Shown here: positions 17,770-28,159 of the stretch, piece by piece
Numbering within the stretch: position 1 is the stretch's first letter
How the letters are laid out: the number at the start of each line of letters is the position of its first letter
Notes under the pieces: model-generated
The model's input: the letters and a program-made list of their open reading frames with translations, nothing else
Told to the model about the DNA's origin: nothing
Database searches by the model: none
From: an uncultured Proteiniphilum sp.
GTDB taxonomy: Bacteria; Bacteroidota; Bacteroidia; Bacteroidales; Dysgonomonadaceae
Reading direction: 5' to 3'
Length of the DNA: 64,000 nucleotides
Assembly (NCBI GenBank): GCA_964602395.1
Contig: CAZRRC010000007.1
Span: forward strand, 181 to 64,180
Translations under genes and position numbers: made by a program

Positions 17770-19140
17770 CTATTTTGAAAATTGCCACCAATCAAAATTG
17801 AATAGCTCTTTTTCTCCCCTGAAGACAAAATAAACATCATGCACTCCCTTCACCTTTTCCACCGGAGCGGAGAATGTCTTCCAAAAACCAGCTTCCCGCG
17901 AAGAATTTACGTCAACGGTGGCAATGAGAGGACCGTCTATTTTGTCGACATGGATTTCGATTTTCCCTCCGTTAACTGGTGAAATACTCACCTCGATCGA
18001 TTTTGCCCCGTTTGCAAAATCAACGCCTTTTACCAGCATATAGTCGCCATGGTTAATGGATGTTACATACAAATGATCGGCTATTTTCCTGCCCCTGTCC
18101 CAGTCGAAGTCGCCTTCCCATTCGGTTTCGAAGTGTGTTTTTAGGCCTTCACTCCAGGCCATCGTTTCCGCTTCAACCCGTTTAAAGGGGTTCAATGTTC
18201 CTACTTGTGCAGGACCTTCAACTGACCAGTAGCTGCGGTTTTGTATGGTTCCATCGGTGTGATACACCATTTCATCCATATCAACCGAACGTCGTTCATA
18301 AAATTTGCTTGTAGATTGTTTAAGGAGATCGTAACTATGTCCAAAACAATATGATTTTCCTTTGAATTCAATGATGCCAGGGTGATTTCCACGGGTTTTT
18401 TCCGAAGCATCCACAATCATCCCTTTATATTCCCATGCTCCCGTGGGTGAAGTACTCATGGCATAACCAATACCTTCAGGGCAGCAGGTGGAGGCATATG
18501 CCATGTAATAAATACCATTGCGTTTCCACACCCACGGTCCTTCCTGGTAGTTTGCAGGAGTGGTGGGATCTTGCATGATCTCACCCGAGTAGGAAATCAT
18601 ATCTTCGTTCAGTTTCACCCAATAGACCTGTGGATTACCCCAATACATATAGGCTTGCCCATCCTCGTCAATCAATATGGTTGGATCGATATCGTGGCTG
18701 CTGTTTTTGATCAAAGGCTTCCCAAGCGGGTCTTTAAAAGGACCATAAGGAGTGTCGGCCACCAAAACACCAATACCAACTCCGCCTGGCATGGGGCAAT
18801 AGAGATAAAATTTCCCGTTGCGTTCGACACACTGCACTGCCCAGGCACCGTTCTCATAAGGAACCCAGGCGAAGTCCTTCAACGAGGCAACCACCCCATG
18901 TTCGGTCCAGTTTACCATATCGGTGGATGAATACAGCAGCCAGTCTTGCATTTTGAAACCCATGGCATCGTCCTCGTCGTGCGATGTGTATAAAAACACG
19001 GTATCGTTATACACCATGGGCGCGGGGTCGGCGGTGAACTTGGTTTGGACGATGGGCTTTTGTGCTCTGACCGGGAGTGTAGCGACAACTGCTGCACCAA
19101 TAAAGAGAATTTTATAAAATGTGTTTTTGATTCCGTTCAT
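17770..19140 (-). CDS. GH43 (subfamily 29-like) arabinoxylan arabinofuranosidase/xylosidase + CBM6
   Basis: FTADPAP, AWAVQC, DIDPT, YQEGPW, GNHPG; C-terminal RVEAET...HDVYFVF..FNFDWWQF CBM6; signal peptide. Confidence 0.88.
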   Translation of the reverse strand: MNGIKNTFYKILFIGAAVVATLPVRAQKPIVQTKFTADPAPMVYNDTVFLYTSHDEDDAMGFKMQDWLLYSSTDMVNWTEHGVVASLKDFAWVPYENGAWAVQCVERNGKFYLYCPMPGGVGIGVLVADTPYGPFKDPLGKPLIKNSSHDIDPTILIDEDGQAYMYWGNPQVYWVKLNEDMISYSGEIMQDPTTPANYQEGPWVWKRNGIYYMAYASTCCPEGIGYAMSTSPTGAWEYKGMIVDASEKTRGNHPGIIEFKGKSYCFGHSYDLLKQSTSKFYERRSVDMDEMVYHTDGTIQNRSYWSVEGPAQVGTLNPFKRVEAETMAWSEGLKTHFETEWEGDFDWDRGRKIADHLYVTSINHGDYMLVKGVDFANGAKSIEVSISPVNGGKIEIHVDKIDGPLIATVDVNSSREAGFWKTFSAPVEKVKGVHDVYFVFRGEKELFNFDWWQFSK

Positions 19141-19172
19141 TGTACGCTATTTATTTATGAGCTTCGCTAACT

Positions 19173-21560
19173 TTATTGTTTCAGCAACCGAACAAAGTAT
19201 ACAGCCCCCGCGGTATTGCCGGGCAAGGACTGAAACCTGACTCTTATTTTTTCTTTTTCTTTTACCATCCTGTTAGGGATGACATAGGTCACATCAAAGA
19301 ACCTTGATTGGTTCCAGCGGCCAGTATTGTCTTCGGTCAACAACTTTTCATCATCGATGTAGATGTCAAATTTGCGACCTCCCCATTCAGCGCCCCAATA
19401 GCGCACCATAAGGCTGAGGCTGGTTTCTGAATTGGTCTTCATCTCATAGCTGAAATAACCCTCCTCCTTCGCATCGCGATAGAATTCGTTGTTGCTGTTG
19501 CCCGAGGTGGAATGTTCTTTTTCGATGACATGATCTGTTTCCGGTTGTTGTTCTCCGGTTGCCACAAAATCGACGGTGCGTTTTTCGATGGCAATCTTTT
19601 CTTGTTCGATTGCCGTCAGGGAGTCCTTGTAGGTGCTGAATCCCTTGTTTGTAAGTGCCAGCCAGTAGATCATATACCGGGAATCGTGTATTTTTGCGAA
19701 GGGCTCCAGTGTAATGTCCATCGGATTTTCCATTTTGGCACCCAGCTTGAAATGCATGGGCTTATCCTTTATCGGTACCAATTTGTCGGCGATATTTTGG
19801 ATCTCGTCTTCAACCAGGATGGGAGCCTGGTCGACAGGCAACATCTTCCCTCCCGGGTATTGTGCCCATCGCCCATCATCGGCAAGCAAACCGCTTAAAT
19901 CGTCGGTACCGGTTCTCGCACCCAATAAGATGGGACCGCGCATAAAAGCAATGTAATTGTCTACATTGGGCAGATGTACCACGCTGTTGTGCATAGGCAG
20001 CTCCACCTTCACCACATCTCCTTTTTCCCATCTCCTGTTGATACAGATGTAGGAGGAGGGGAGCGAAGCGTACTGAATTTCTCTCCCGTTCACGCTGACT
20101 TTCAAGGCTCCCTCTTTCACCCATTCGGGATAGCGGATCATAAAGGGAAAGCTCGATGATCCTTTTGTGACAGTAAGCGTTGTGCCTTCCTCGGATGGGA
20201 AATTTGTCTCCTGTCTGATGCTGATTTTTTTCTTCTTCCAGTTGAGCTCGGAGGCGATGAAGAGGTTCAGGAACAGTGAATCGCCAGAGTGGGTATAGAT
20301 AAACTGATTGTATTTACTGTGATTTTCCATGCCCGTGCCCACACAGCACCACATGGCATTGTTGGGGGTAGAATAAACCCGATAATGACGAGGACGTGCC
20401 GTGGTGAAATAAACATAACCTCCATGTCCCGGGTGTTGAGTTGACAGAATGTGGTTGAACAGTGTGCGTTCATAGTAATCGGCATAATGTGCCGACGGAC
20501 TCATGCGGAACAGATCTTCGGTCAATTTCAGCATGTTATAGGAGTTACAGGTCTCCGGACCGTCTACGTCATTGATATAATCGCCACAAGATGCAATGCC
20601 TGGAAAGTGTTCCCGGCGACTATTCCCTCCAAAAGCCAAAGTGCGGTTCTTCACAATAGTCTCCCAGGAGAAGCGTCCCGCGTTTTCATATGTTTTGTCG
20701 CCGCTCAGTTCCGCAATCCTGGTAAAGCCGATAAACTTGGGTATTTGCGTGTTGGCATGCTTGTTGTCAAGGTTGTCGATCCTCCGTGATAACGGTTCAA
20801 GAAACTGCTTGTGCGAGAATCTCCTGGCTGTCGCCAGATATTTCTCGTTGCCGGTTATCTGGTAAGCATCGGCAAAGATCTCGTTCATACCTCCGTGTTC
20901 CATGTTGAGCATCAATTGCATCTGCTCATCGGTAAGGGCAGCGGTAATATCGATACCCCAATCACAAAACTGTAAAAAGAGCGATTTAGCCTCTTCGTTG
21001 TTTGCATAAAGCCAGGCATCCCGTAGGCCGGCATACATTTTGTGCAGGTTGTAAAAGGGAGCCCATGCCGAGTGGTACAAGCCAAAGTCGCCTTTCCTGA
21101 ACGCCTGCCACAATGCCGAGCTGTTGGGAAACCCTCCGATGTAGCCGGTACCCCATTCCGCATTGTTCACCCCATTTGCCTCAAGGCAGATCTTCAGTTC
21201 CGAAATCATCTGTTCCATCCTCTTTTTGCAGGTTGCATTACTGGTAGCCGCATAGTTGATTGCCATGGCAGAGAGGTAGTGGCCTGCTATATGACCGTCC
21301 AGACCCTCCCAATTGGGATAACTCATTGCCTTCTGCGGCAGACCGGCTACTTTGCGATAGGGTGCCAGTAAGCGATCCACGTCGTACTGTAAAAGGACCT
21401 GCAAGTTTAGATCACGTGCATCTTTGAATGGCCCCTGGAGCAGCGTTACATCCGATACTGGAAATTCGTTGTCGTATAATTTCTCCTGTGCTTGTACGAA
21501 TCCCAAACAGATAAAAAGAGAAAGAAGCAACGTGACATTTATTCTTATCATTCTCTCCAA
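19173..21560 (-). CDS. GH146/GH127-type beta-L-arabinofuranosidase (DUF1680)
   Basis: GHIAGHYLSA, EHGGMNE, HANTQIPK, ETCNSYNMLK (about 20541-20555) and WCCVGTG (about 20340) Zn/Cys active-site motifs; C-terminal DUF6805-like domain as in BT0349-type GH146; signal peptide. Confidence 0.85.
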   Translation of the reverse strand: MERMIRINVTLLLSLFICLGFVQAQEKLYDNEFPVSDVTLLQGPFKDARDLNLQVLLQYDVDRLLAPYRKVAGLPQKAMSYPNWEGLDGHIAGHYLSAMAINYAATSNATCKKRMEQMISELKICLEANGVNNAEWGTGYIGGFPNSSALWQAFRKGDFGLYHSAWAPFYNLHKMYAGLRDAWLYANNEEAKSLFLQFCDWGIDITAALTDEQMQLMLNMEHGGMNEIFADAYQITGNEKYLATARRFSHKQFLEPLSRRIDNLDNKHANTQIPKFIGFTRIAELSGDKTYENAGRFSWETIVKNRTLAFGGNSRREHFPGIASCGDYINDVDGPETCNSYNMLKLTEDLFRMSPSAHYADYYERTLFNHILSTQHPGHGGYVYFTTARPRHYRVYSTPNNAMWCCVGTGMENHSKYNQFIYTHSGDSLFLNLFIASELNWKKKKISIRQETNFPSEEGTTLTVTKGSSSFPFMIRYPEWVKEGALKVSVNGREIQYASLPSSYICINRRWEKGDVVKVELPMHNSVVHLPNVDNYIAFMRGPILLGARTGTDDLSGLLADDGRWAQYPGGKMLPVDQAPILVEDEIQNIADKLVPIKDKPMHFKLGAKMENPMDITLEPFAKIHDSRYMIYWLALTNKGFSTYKDSLTAIEQEKIAIEKRTVDFVATGEQQPETDHVIEKEHSTSGNSNNEFYRDAKEEGYFSYEMKTNSETSLSLMVRYWGAEWGGRKFDIYIDDEKLLTEDNTGRWNQSRFFDVTYVIPNRMVKEKEKIRVRFQSLPGNTAGAVYFVRLLKQ

Positions 21561-21648
21561 TTTTAATGAATGTTTGCTTCCTGCTTTTCAACCATTTGCG
21601 AATAAAGAATTGTGGGGTTACTCACAACAGGATGAACCGGGAAATGCT

Positions 21649-23595
21649 TTATTGTTTGATAACTAATCCGCCCTTTGGCTGGAGTATGACGGTCATCTTG
21701 CCGTCTTGATTGATTTTGCTGCTGGTGACAAGTGCCTCCCGATCGCTGTTGTCGGAATAGATATTCACTTTTTTCCCTGCAACCATGGGCAGGTTAAGCT
21801 CCAGCTCCAGCGGCTGTTCCAAGGCATTCACCCCGGCAACGTACCATTGTTCCCCGTGGCGACGGGCGATTACCGTATACTTGCCTGGATAGCCGTCAAT
21901 ATACAATGTTTCATCCCAGGTGGTGGGGATCTCTTTCATAAAGCTGATCAGCGATGCAGGTGTGTCAGTCAGGTTGTTGGGTGTCAGTGCAAACATCTGC
22001 ACCGGGTTTTGAAAGAGGATGCTGGTAGCAATCTGAAATACATCAGTGGTAAGTCGTTGTTGTCCTCTGTTGTTTCCCTTGTTGAGGAATTTATTCATAA
22101 AGACCCCTCCGAACTCCATGCTGCCTACGGTGTTGCGGATAAAAGGGTGCAAGGTGGCGTAAAAAGCTTCCTTCTCTCGCACATCCTGCGAGAAAATCAA
22201 CATTTCGGAAGCGAGAACTGCCTCGCTACCCACAAAGTTGGGGTACATCCGTTCCCATCCTCGTGGAAGGGTGCAGCCGTGGAAGATGATCATCAGTCCG
22301 TAGTCATTGGCATCGGAGAGAATATCTTCGTAAAAACGCATGGTCTCTTGCTTGTCGCCACCGAAGAAATCGACTTTCAGGCCCTTAACTCCCACTTTTT
22401 TCAGCCATTTCATCTCCTCTTTTCTAGCGATGGAGGTGCTAATCCTGTTTCTGGGCCCTTGCGGCGCATCATTGAAGCCTCCGTTGGAGTTATACCAAAG
22501 GAACACGTCTACATTCTTAGAATGGGCATACTGGATCAGTTCCTCCATCTTCTCGTAACCGATGTTGGAATCCCACAAAGCGTCTATCAGAATATATTCG
22601 TATCCCATTTCAGCCGCCAGGTCGATGTATCTCACCTGATCGTCCCAGTTCATGCTCTGGTCCTGCCAGACAATCCAGCTCCAGGTGCCCCTGCCATATT
22701 GATACTCCTGCGACGCTTTGTAAAGAGGCTCCACCAGGTCGAACGGGATAGTGGTCTCCACGATGGGTTTAAGGCTGTTCCCCACCGTGATGGTGCGCCA
22801 TGGAGTCACGCCGGGGAGCGGGATTTGTGCCCCGCTACTTCCAAATCCGTTGTTTTGTCTCATATCTGGATATTCAACCCTGTATAAGCCCTCTTTTGTA
22901 CCATCGCTCAGGTGGGAGGCACAGTACTGACTGGTTACGCCGGTTTCGGAGATCAGTGCCCAGCCGTCGTCCCCGACGCGAAAGAGGGCGGGAAAGACAT
23001 ATCCCAGCTGGCCATGGGTTGGTTTACCCACCGGTTCGTCGTTGGTGTAACCACTTTCATAGCTGGGGGAGGTCCTGGCAAAGGCACCCATAGCCCCCAT
23101 CATCGGGGAGAGAAAGGTCGTCGTAAATTCTGGGAACTTGAATCCAGTTATTTCTTTTTCTACTACGCACGCCTTCCTTTCACCCCAGTGAGGTAGCTCA
23201 TAACGGAATGCCACGTCGTTGTTGCTTACCTGGAAAACGATGTCCAGTCCTCGTTGCTTGTTATCTTCAAAGGAACAAATTAGCTTGTTGGCCTGATAGT
23301 GCACAGCCGAATGTTTGATTTTTTCCTGTGTGTAGCTTTTATCCACTGATGAGGTTGAAGAATTTTTGAATATCAGGCTTCTACTGAAATCCCCTTCGTT
23401 GGTAATTATTCCCAGGGGTGACTTTTCCAGGATGGTTTTGCCGGCATACTCCACGGCGTAAAACGGTTGACCCTCTTCGAGGTAGAGTCGAAGATGAACC
23501 TCTCCGTCAGGGCTGGTTAGTGTGGCTACCTGTGCCGTCAGAATATGTGTGGTGAGCACGAAAAGAACGGTGAGGCTAAGAAAAAGATATTTCAT
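21649..23595 (-). CDS. GH97 glycoside hydrolase (retaining alpha-galactosidase-type)
   Basis: SNNDVAFRY, TPWRTI, WSW, YILIDALW, GLKVDFF (Asp nucleophile of retaining GH97), FHGC, PTTWDET; signal peptide. Confidence 0.9.
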   Translation of the reverse strand: MKYLFLSLTVLFVLTTHILTAQVATLTSPDGEVHLRLYLEEGQPFYAVEYAGKTILEKSPLGIITNEGDFSRSLIFKNSSTSSVDKSYTQEKIKHSAVHYQANKLICSFEDNKQRGLDIVFQVSNNDVAFRYELPHWGERKACVVEKEITGFKFPEFTTTFLSPMMGAMGAFARTSPSYESGYTNDEPVGKPTHGQLGYVFPALFRVGDDGWALISETGVTSQYCASHLSDGTKEGLYRVEYPDMRQNNGFGSSGAQIPLPGVTPWRTITVGNSLKPIVETTIPFDLVEPLYKASQEYQYGRGTWSWIVWQDQSMNWDDQVRYIDLAAEMGYEYILIDALWDSNIGYEKMEELIQYAHSKNVDVFLWYNSNGGFNDAPQGPRNRISTSIARKEEMKWLKKVGVKGLKVDFFGGDKQETMRFYEDILSDANDYGLMIIFHGCTLPRGWERMYPNFVGSEAVLASEMLIFSQDVREKEAFYATLHPFIRNTVGSMEFGGVFMNKFLNKGNNRGQQRLTTDVFQIATSILFQNPVQMFALTPNNLTDTPASLISFMKEIPTTWDETLYIDGYPGKYTVIARRHGEQWYVAGVNALEQPLELELNLPMVAGKKVNIYSDNSDREALVTSSKINQDGKMTVILQPKGGLVIKQ

Positions 23596-23622
23596 GATCG
23601 ATTTGTTTTGTTTAGTTTTGTC

Positions 23623-25011
23623 TTAATTAGCGAACTTCCAGTAGTCGAAATACATCAGGTGACTTTTCGGATTCCCCCTGACAACAAAATAGAGATCATG
23701 TAGGCCCGTCACATTTGGTATATCTACGGTGACCAGCGCCCAGCGGTCACTTCCACCCGTGCGGGGAATGCGCATCGAGGCGATCTTTTCTCCCTCGGAG
23801 CTTCCCAGTCTTACTTCAAGGGTAACAGGGTCGTTGTGGGTGGTACCCACGCGTGCGGTAAATTTTATGGCTCCTTTCTTTTGGAAATCGACATCACGTA
23901 CTTTGATGTAGCTGCCATCCTTGTTGGCCGTCACAAATACCCCTACCTGGTCGTTTTGCGACGACTTGAACCCTTCGGAAAAGGCGATGGTTTCGGCCTG
24001 GTTCAACAGATAAGGATTCAGGGTAGTCAATCCCTGTTTGATTCCTTCGGTCATGTTCAGTTGTGGAATGGTGCCATCTGGGTTGAACCGGAGTTCTTCC
24101 ACCGCCACAGAACGGGTGAAGCCACCACCGCCTGGCAAGGCGCCGTTGTGATAGAAGAAGTAGGTCTTTCCACGAAAGTCGATGACCCCCGGATGGTTGG
24201 TGAATGCCTTTCCCTGTGCGGGCATCACCACGCCACCGTACTTCCAGGGTCCTTCTGGACTCCGACTGGTAGAATAGCCGATGTGTTCCGGCAGAGGACC
24301 ACCCGGCCAGAAGAGGTAGTAGAGATTATTTCTCTTGTAGAGCCAGGGTCCTTCCTCATAGAGGGTGCTACGCTGCGGATCTCCCTCTCTTTTCCCAAAT
24401 GACTCCTCCGTAAGGGGTACTTTCTCGATAGCCCCCTCAAATGAGATCATGTCTTCGTTCAGCTTCACATAATAGAGGTTGGGATTTCCCCAGTAAAGAT
24501 AGGCCTGCCCATCGTCATCGATGAAGACGGTGGGGTCGATATCTCCCCATTCGGTCTGTGCCAGCGGTTTTCCCAGTGGATCATAAAAAGGTCCCAGGGG
24601 AGTGTCGGCCACCGCCACACCAATAGCGCCCCGGTTATTTTCTCTCGAGATCATCGGCACATACATATAAAACTTGCCATTCCGCTCAATACACTGTGCT
24701 GCCCAGGCATCCCCTTTGGCCCATTCGAAGTCGCTGTATGAAAGAATCACTCCGTGGTCCGTCCAGTTGACCATGTCGTTGGTTGAGTATACCCGCCAGT
24801 CGTCCATGGTGAACCAGGTAGATGCGTCTGCATCGTGGGTGGTATAGAGGTAGAGCCGGTCGTTCCACACCATGGGGGCCGGATCGGCGGTATAGATTGT
24901 TTGGATGATTGGATTCTGTGCCATCGTGGGTTCAACGGCTACCAGCCGCGACAGAATAAGCAATAAAAGGAAGAAATAGGTACGTTTTGAAATAAAGTGA
25001 TTTATTTGCAT
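23623..25011 (-). CDS. GH43 (subfamily 29-like) + CBM6
   Basis: YTADPAP, DAWAAQC, DIDPT, YEEGPW, TNHPG; C-terminal CBM6 (NQAET...HDLYFV...FDYWKF); signal peptide. Confidence 0.9.
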   Translation of the reverse strand: MQINHFISKRTYFFLLLLILSRLVAVEPTMAQNPIIQTIYTADPAPMVWNDRLYLYTTHDADASTWFTMDDWRVYSTNDMVNWTDHGVILSYSDFEWAKGDAWAAQCIERNGKFYMYVPMISRENNRGAIGVAVADTPLGPFYDPLGKPLAQTEWGDIDPTVFIDDDGQAYLYWGNPNLYYVKLNEDMISFEGAIEKVPLTEESFGKREGDPQRSTLYEEGPWLYKRNNLYYLFWPGGPLPEHIGYSTSRSPEGPWKYGGVVMPAQGKAFTNHPGVIDFRGKTYFFYHNGALPGGGGFTRSVAVEELRFNPDGTIPQLNMTEGIKQGLTTLNPYLLNQAETIAFSEGFKSSQNDQVGVFVTANKDGSYIKVRDVDFQKKGAIKFTARVGTTHNDPVTLEVRLGSSEGEKIASMRIPRTGGSDRWALVTVDIPNVTGLHDLYFVVRGNPKSHLMYFDYWKFAN

Positions 25012-25068
25012 GGATGTTTTGTTATCGTGTGAAATGAAATGTATCGGTCGACGTTTTAAAAAAATGGG

Positions 25069-26235
25069 TCAGTGAAACAATAGCTGTGCATACTGATAGA
25101 GCGACCTTCGCCAGGTGAGCCACTCATGTGCCGTCTTGGGCGACTCGTAATAATGGTGTCGAATACCCTGCTTCTGCAGCATTCTGCGAAAAGCATTGAT
25201 CGATTGAGGAAAGACTTCGGGCTCGGTGGTGCCCACACCCAGCCAAAGCACCCTGATTTGTTCGTTGACATGGTTTCCATCACGGAAGGCACCCCCCAGG
25301 AAGCTCTCCGTATCAATATCGGCTGCACTGGGGTAATTGGCTGTGCAGCTGAATCCTCCGTAGTAGGCAAACGTGTTGAGGTTGTTCATGATGATGCGCA
25401 TGGTCTGGTTGGCACCCATCGAGAGGCCGGCAATGGCACGGCTTTCGCGATGATTGATGGTACGGAAGCGGCGGTCGATCATTGGGATGATCTCGCCGAT
25501 CATCACCTCCTCAAATACCATGGCAGGGCGGGTGGGGTTCGAGACCACCTGTTGCTCCTTCGGTCTGAAAGCATAACCGTTGTCCATTACGATGATCATT
25601 GGCTTGGCCTTGCCTTCCGCAATCAGGTTATCAAGAATAAGCCCGGCTTTACCTTGTCCTGCCCATCCGGTCTCATCTTCGAAACTGCCATGTTGCAGGT
25701 AGAGTACGGGATAACGCTTTTCACCAGAAGTGTCGTAACAGGGTGGGGTGTAGACAAAACAACGGCGCCATGCACCGGTAATTTTCGAGTGGTAGTTAAG
25801 CTCGCTGACTTGTCCATGCGGCACATCCTTCAGTGCATAGAACGCCTGATCATGGGCTGGTACCTCGATCCCGCTGCCCCAGCGTCCTGCGCCATAGAAG
25901 TAGCGGGTTCCCGGATCAGGTACCGAAGCCCCGTCGATATTGAGCTGGTAATAGTGAAAGCCCTCCTCCTGGGGAGCCGACTCACCAGTCCAGACTCCTT
26001 GTTCGTTTTTTTTCAGGTCATACTTCACACCCCCGATATCCAACTGTACGTACTTCGCATCGGGTGCTGCAAGCTGAACCCTTACTCTCCCTTCTGAGTT
26101 GACTTGCGGAAATTGTTTTCCAGGTTGATTTACTTCAGAAGGACTGAAATCCTCCCTTACTGGGCTCTGGGCTTGGGTACTGCCGAAAACCAGAAGAGCC
26201 ATCAGATTTAAGATCCAATAATTTCTGCTGTTCAT
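25069..26235 (-). CDS. CBM48-like + CE1 esterase (feruloyl/acetyl xylan esterase)
   Basis: N-terminal sugar-binding module (GFHYYQLNIDGASVPDP); YTPPCY, YPVLYLQHG, GLSMG nucleophile elbow, HEWLTWRRSL catalytic His; signal peptide. Confidence 0.88.
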   Translation of the reverse strand: MNSRNYWILNLMALLVFGSTQAQSPVREDFSPSEVNQPGKQFPQVNSEGRVRVQLAAPDAKYVQLDIGGVKYDLKKNEQGVWTGESAPQEEGFHYYQLNIDGASVPDPGTRYFYGAGRWGSGIEVPAHDQAFYALKDVPHGQVSELNYHSKITGAWRRCFVYTPPCYDTSGEKRYPVLYLQHGSFEDETGWAGQGKAGLILDNLIAEGKAKPMIIVMDNGYAFRPKEQQVVSNPTRPAMVFEEVMIGEIIPMIDRRFRTINHRESRAIAGLSMGANQTMRIIMNNLNTFAYYGGFSCTANYPSAADIDTESFLGGAFRDGNHVNEQIRVLWLGVGTTEPEVFPQSINAFRRMLQKQGIRHHYYESPKTAHEWLTWRRSLYQYAQLLFH

Positions 26236-26242
26236 GGTGTTT

Positions 26243-27973
26243 TTATTTATGGTCCGCTATCACATCATTTTTCGAGGTGGCATGTAATCCGATCAGGTTT
26301 CCTGTAAAGCCGCCCGCTACATCTGTGGAGAGGATGTCTCCCGAGTGTGTTCCCCCCAGGTTCTGGAAGTTCTTTCCGTCGGTCGCATAATTGAAGCGGT
26401 ATGCATCACCTTGGGCAGTAATCTGTAGTGAGAGGGGTTTGTTTGTCTCAACAGGCAGGCTGGCGAGTACAGTGGAGGAACCTCTCTCAGTGCGCTGCAG
26501 TACAAGATAATCCTGATTACCTTTTCGGGTGATACCGAAAAGGTAATAGAAACGCTCACTCTGATAGCAAACCATCCCGGCCAGATCCGCTTCCGATGCA
26601 GGTTTATACTGCAGCGTGGTGGTGGCAGTGAAATATCTGTGTTGCTGGCGGTGGAAAAGGGTGGAAGTGGGGACTACCTCTTTCAGGTTTGCGGCAAAGG
26701 GCGTGATGGTGAGCCCCTTCTTGTCTGTTTTGATGAACTCCTCGCGGGGCCCCCTGACTCCTATCCAGCGATGGTCCAGTGCAGTCGATTGGAAATCATC
26801 CTGAAATATGAAATTGCCGTTGGGAAAGAATCCCTCCTTTCCTGTTAGGTTCACAACTCCTTCCGGCATCTTCAACTTGGGAGACAACGGTATCAATCCG
26901 TTCTCAAAAACGGGATATGTGCCACTCCAGTCAACAGGCAGGATAAAGGTCTCACGACCGGTATTGACCCTGTTTTGTTCATTGGGCCGAATGGCAAGGA
27001 ATACACCGTAATATTTTCCATCGGGACCCTCCACTAGATCGGCATGTCCTGCCCAGTCTACCTTATTTTCCCGGTCAGGGTGCAGGTAACGCTGCGACAG
27101 AATGGGGTTGTTGTCTGCCGGTTTATAGGGTCCCTTGGGATGATCACTGGTAAAGATCACTTCGCTGTGCCAATCGCCGGTACCTCCTTCGGCACACATC
27201 AGGTAATAGATTCCGTTCCGTTTATAGATATGAGGTGCCTCGATCCAGATTGGTTTCTGGGTGATGTCGACTCCACCGTCCACGATAATCCGGTCGCTGC
27301 CCGCCACCACCTGATCCTTCTCCAGATCATATTCCCAGATTTTGATTACCCGATGTCCCTCATAGAGCGCTTTACCTCTGTCGGGAGCATCGTTGTGGAT
27401 CACATAAGCTTTGCCGTCATCATCAAAAAACAGAGAAGGATCGATGCCGCCGAAATTCAGTTTCTGCACTTCGCTCCATCCCTTGAAGGGATCTTTTGTT
27501 TTAACCACCATATTACCGACATCTCCGGAAAACTGGGTGGTGATCATGTAAAAAGTATCGTTATAGGGGTTATATTTGATTGCAGGTGCGTAGATTCCTG
27601 CACTGATACCGCAATCATGCACGATCAACTGGGATTTCCGGTCGAGCACGTGGCCGATCTGTTTCCAGTTTACCAAATCCCGTGAGTGGAAGATGGGTAC
27701 ACCCGGGAACATGGCGAAGGAGGAGGATACCAGGAAGTAATCATCCCCCTTCCGGGTAATGGAGGGGTCGGGATAACATCCCTGAAGTATCGGGTTATAG
27801 AATTCATCCGCTTCCAACGGGTAGTTTTTGTAAACGGGATCTTCACCCTGATAGATAAATTGTGTGAAAACGGGATGGTTAGTGATTCCATTGTTCCCTG
27901 CACTGAGTCTGCTAAAGGTAAACACACAGGATAATGTTGTCAGCAGAAAAAGAAAAGTCATTTTTTGTTTCAT
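26243..27973 (-). CDS. GH43 (subfamily 12-like) alpha-L-arabinofuranosidase/beta-xylosidase with C-terminal beta-sandwich
   Basis: FYNPILQGCYPDPSI, SSFAMFPGVP, GIYAPAI, GIDPSLF, WIEAPH, GHADLV. Probable ATG at 27973 or 27982; the ORF-track start 28084 falls inside the promoter. Confidence 0.9.
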   Translation of the reverse strand: MKQKMTFLFLLTTLSCVFTFSRLSAGNNGITNHPVFTQFIYQGEDPVYKNYPLEADEFYNPILQGCYPDPSITRKGDDYFLVSSSFAMFPGVPIFHSRDLVNWKQIGHVLDRKSQLIVHDCGISAGIYAPAIKYNPYNDTFYMITTQFSGDVGNMVVKTKDPFKGWSEVQKLNFGGIDPSLFFDDDGKAYVIHNDAPDRGKALYEGHRVIKIWEYDLEKDQVVAGSDRIIVDGGVDITQKPIWIEAPHIYKRNGIYYLMCAEGGTGDWHSEVIFTSDHPKGPYKPADNNPILSQRYLHPDRENKVDWAGHADLVEGPDGKYYGVFLAIRPNEQNRVNTGRETFILPVDWSGTYPVFENGLIPLSPKLKMPEGVVNLTGKEGFFPNGNFIFQDDFQSTALDHRWIGVRGPREEFIKTDKKGLTITPFAANLKEVVPTSTLFHRQQHRYFTATTTLQYKPASEADLAGMVCYQSERFYYLFGITRKGNQDYLVLQRTERGSSTVLASLPVETNKPLSLQITAQGDAYRFNYATDGKNFQNLGGTHSGDILSTDVAGGFTGNLIGLHATSKNDVIADHK

Positions 27974-28081
27974 TCCGGTCATACTACGAGCTGTTGAATT
28001 ATTCTTTCCAATGGCAATCGTGACCTGATCAGCCACCATGATAGTGTCAAAAAAGGTCATTTTTGCCGGATAACGTTGCAA

Positions 28082-28089
28082 CAAATGTA
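28082..28089 (-). promoter_or_regulatory. -7 promoter element (TACATTTG) for the central GH43_12 to CE15 operon
   Basis: Exact TAnnTTTG on the minus strand between the HTCS stop and the GH43_12 ATG. Confidence 0.6.
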
Positions 28090-28159
28090 TGATTCTGTTT
28101 GAAAACCGAATCCTGATTTTGAACAGTTAATTCTCTTTTTTAGGTAAATCGTCCTTATT

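Noticed and set aside
21706-22887. 393-aa plus-strand ORF
   Set aside because: Lies entirely antisense to GH97; typical shadow ORF.
25126-26097. 323-aa plus-strand ORF
   Set aside because: Antisense to the CE1 gene; no protein-like motifs.
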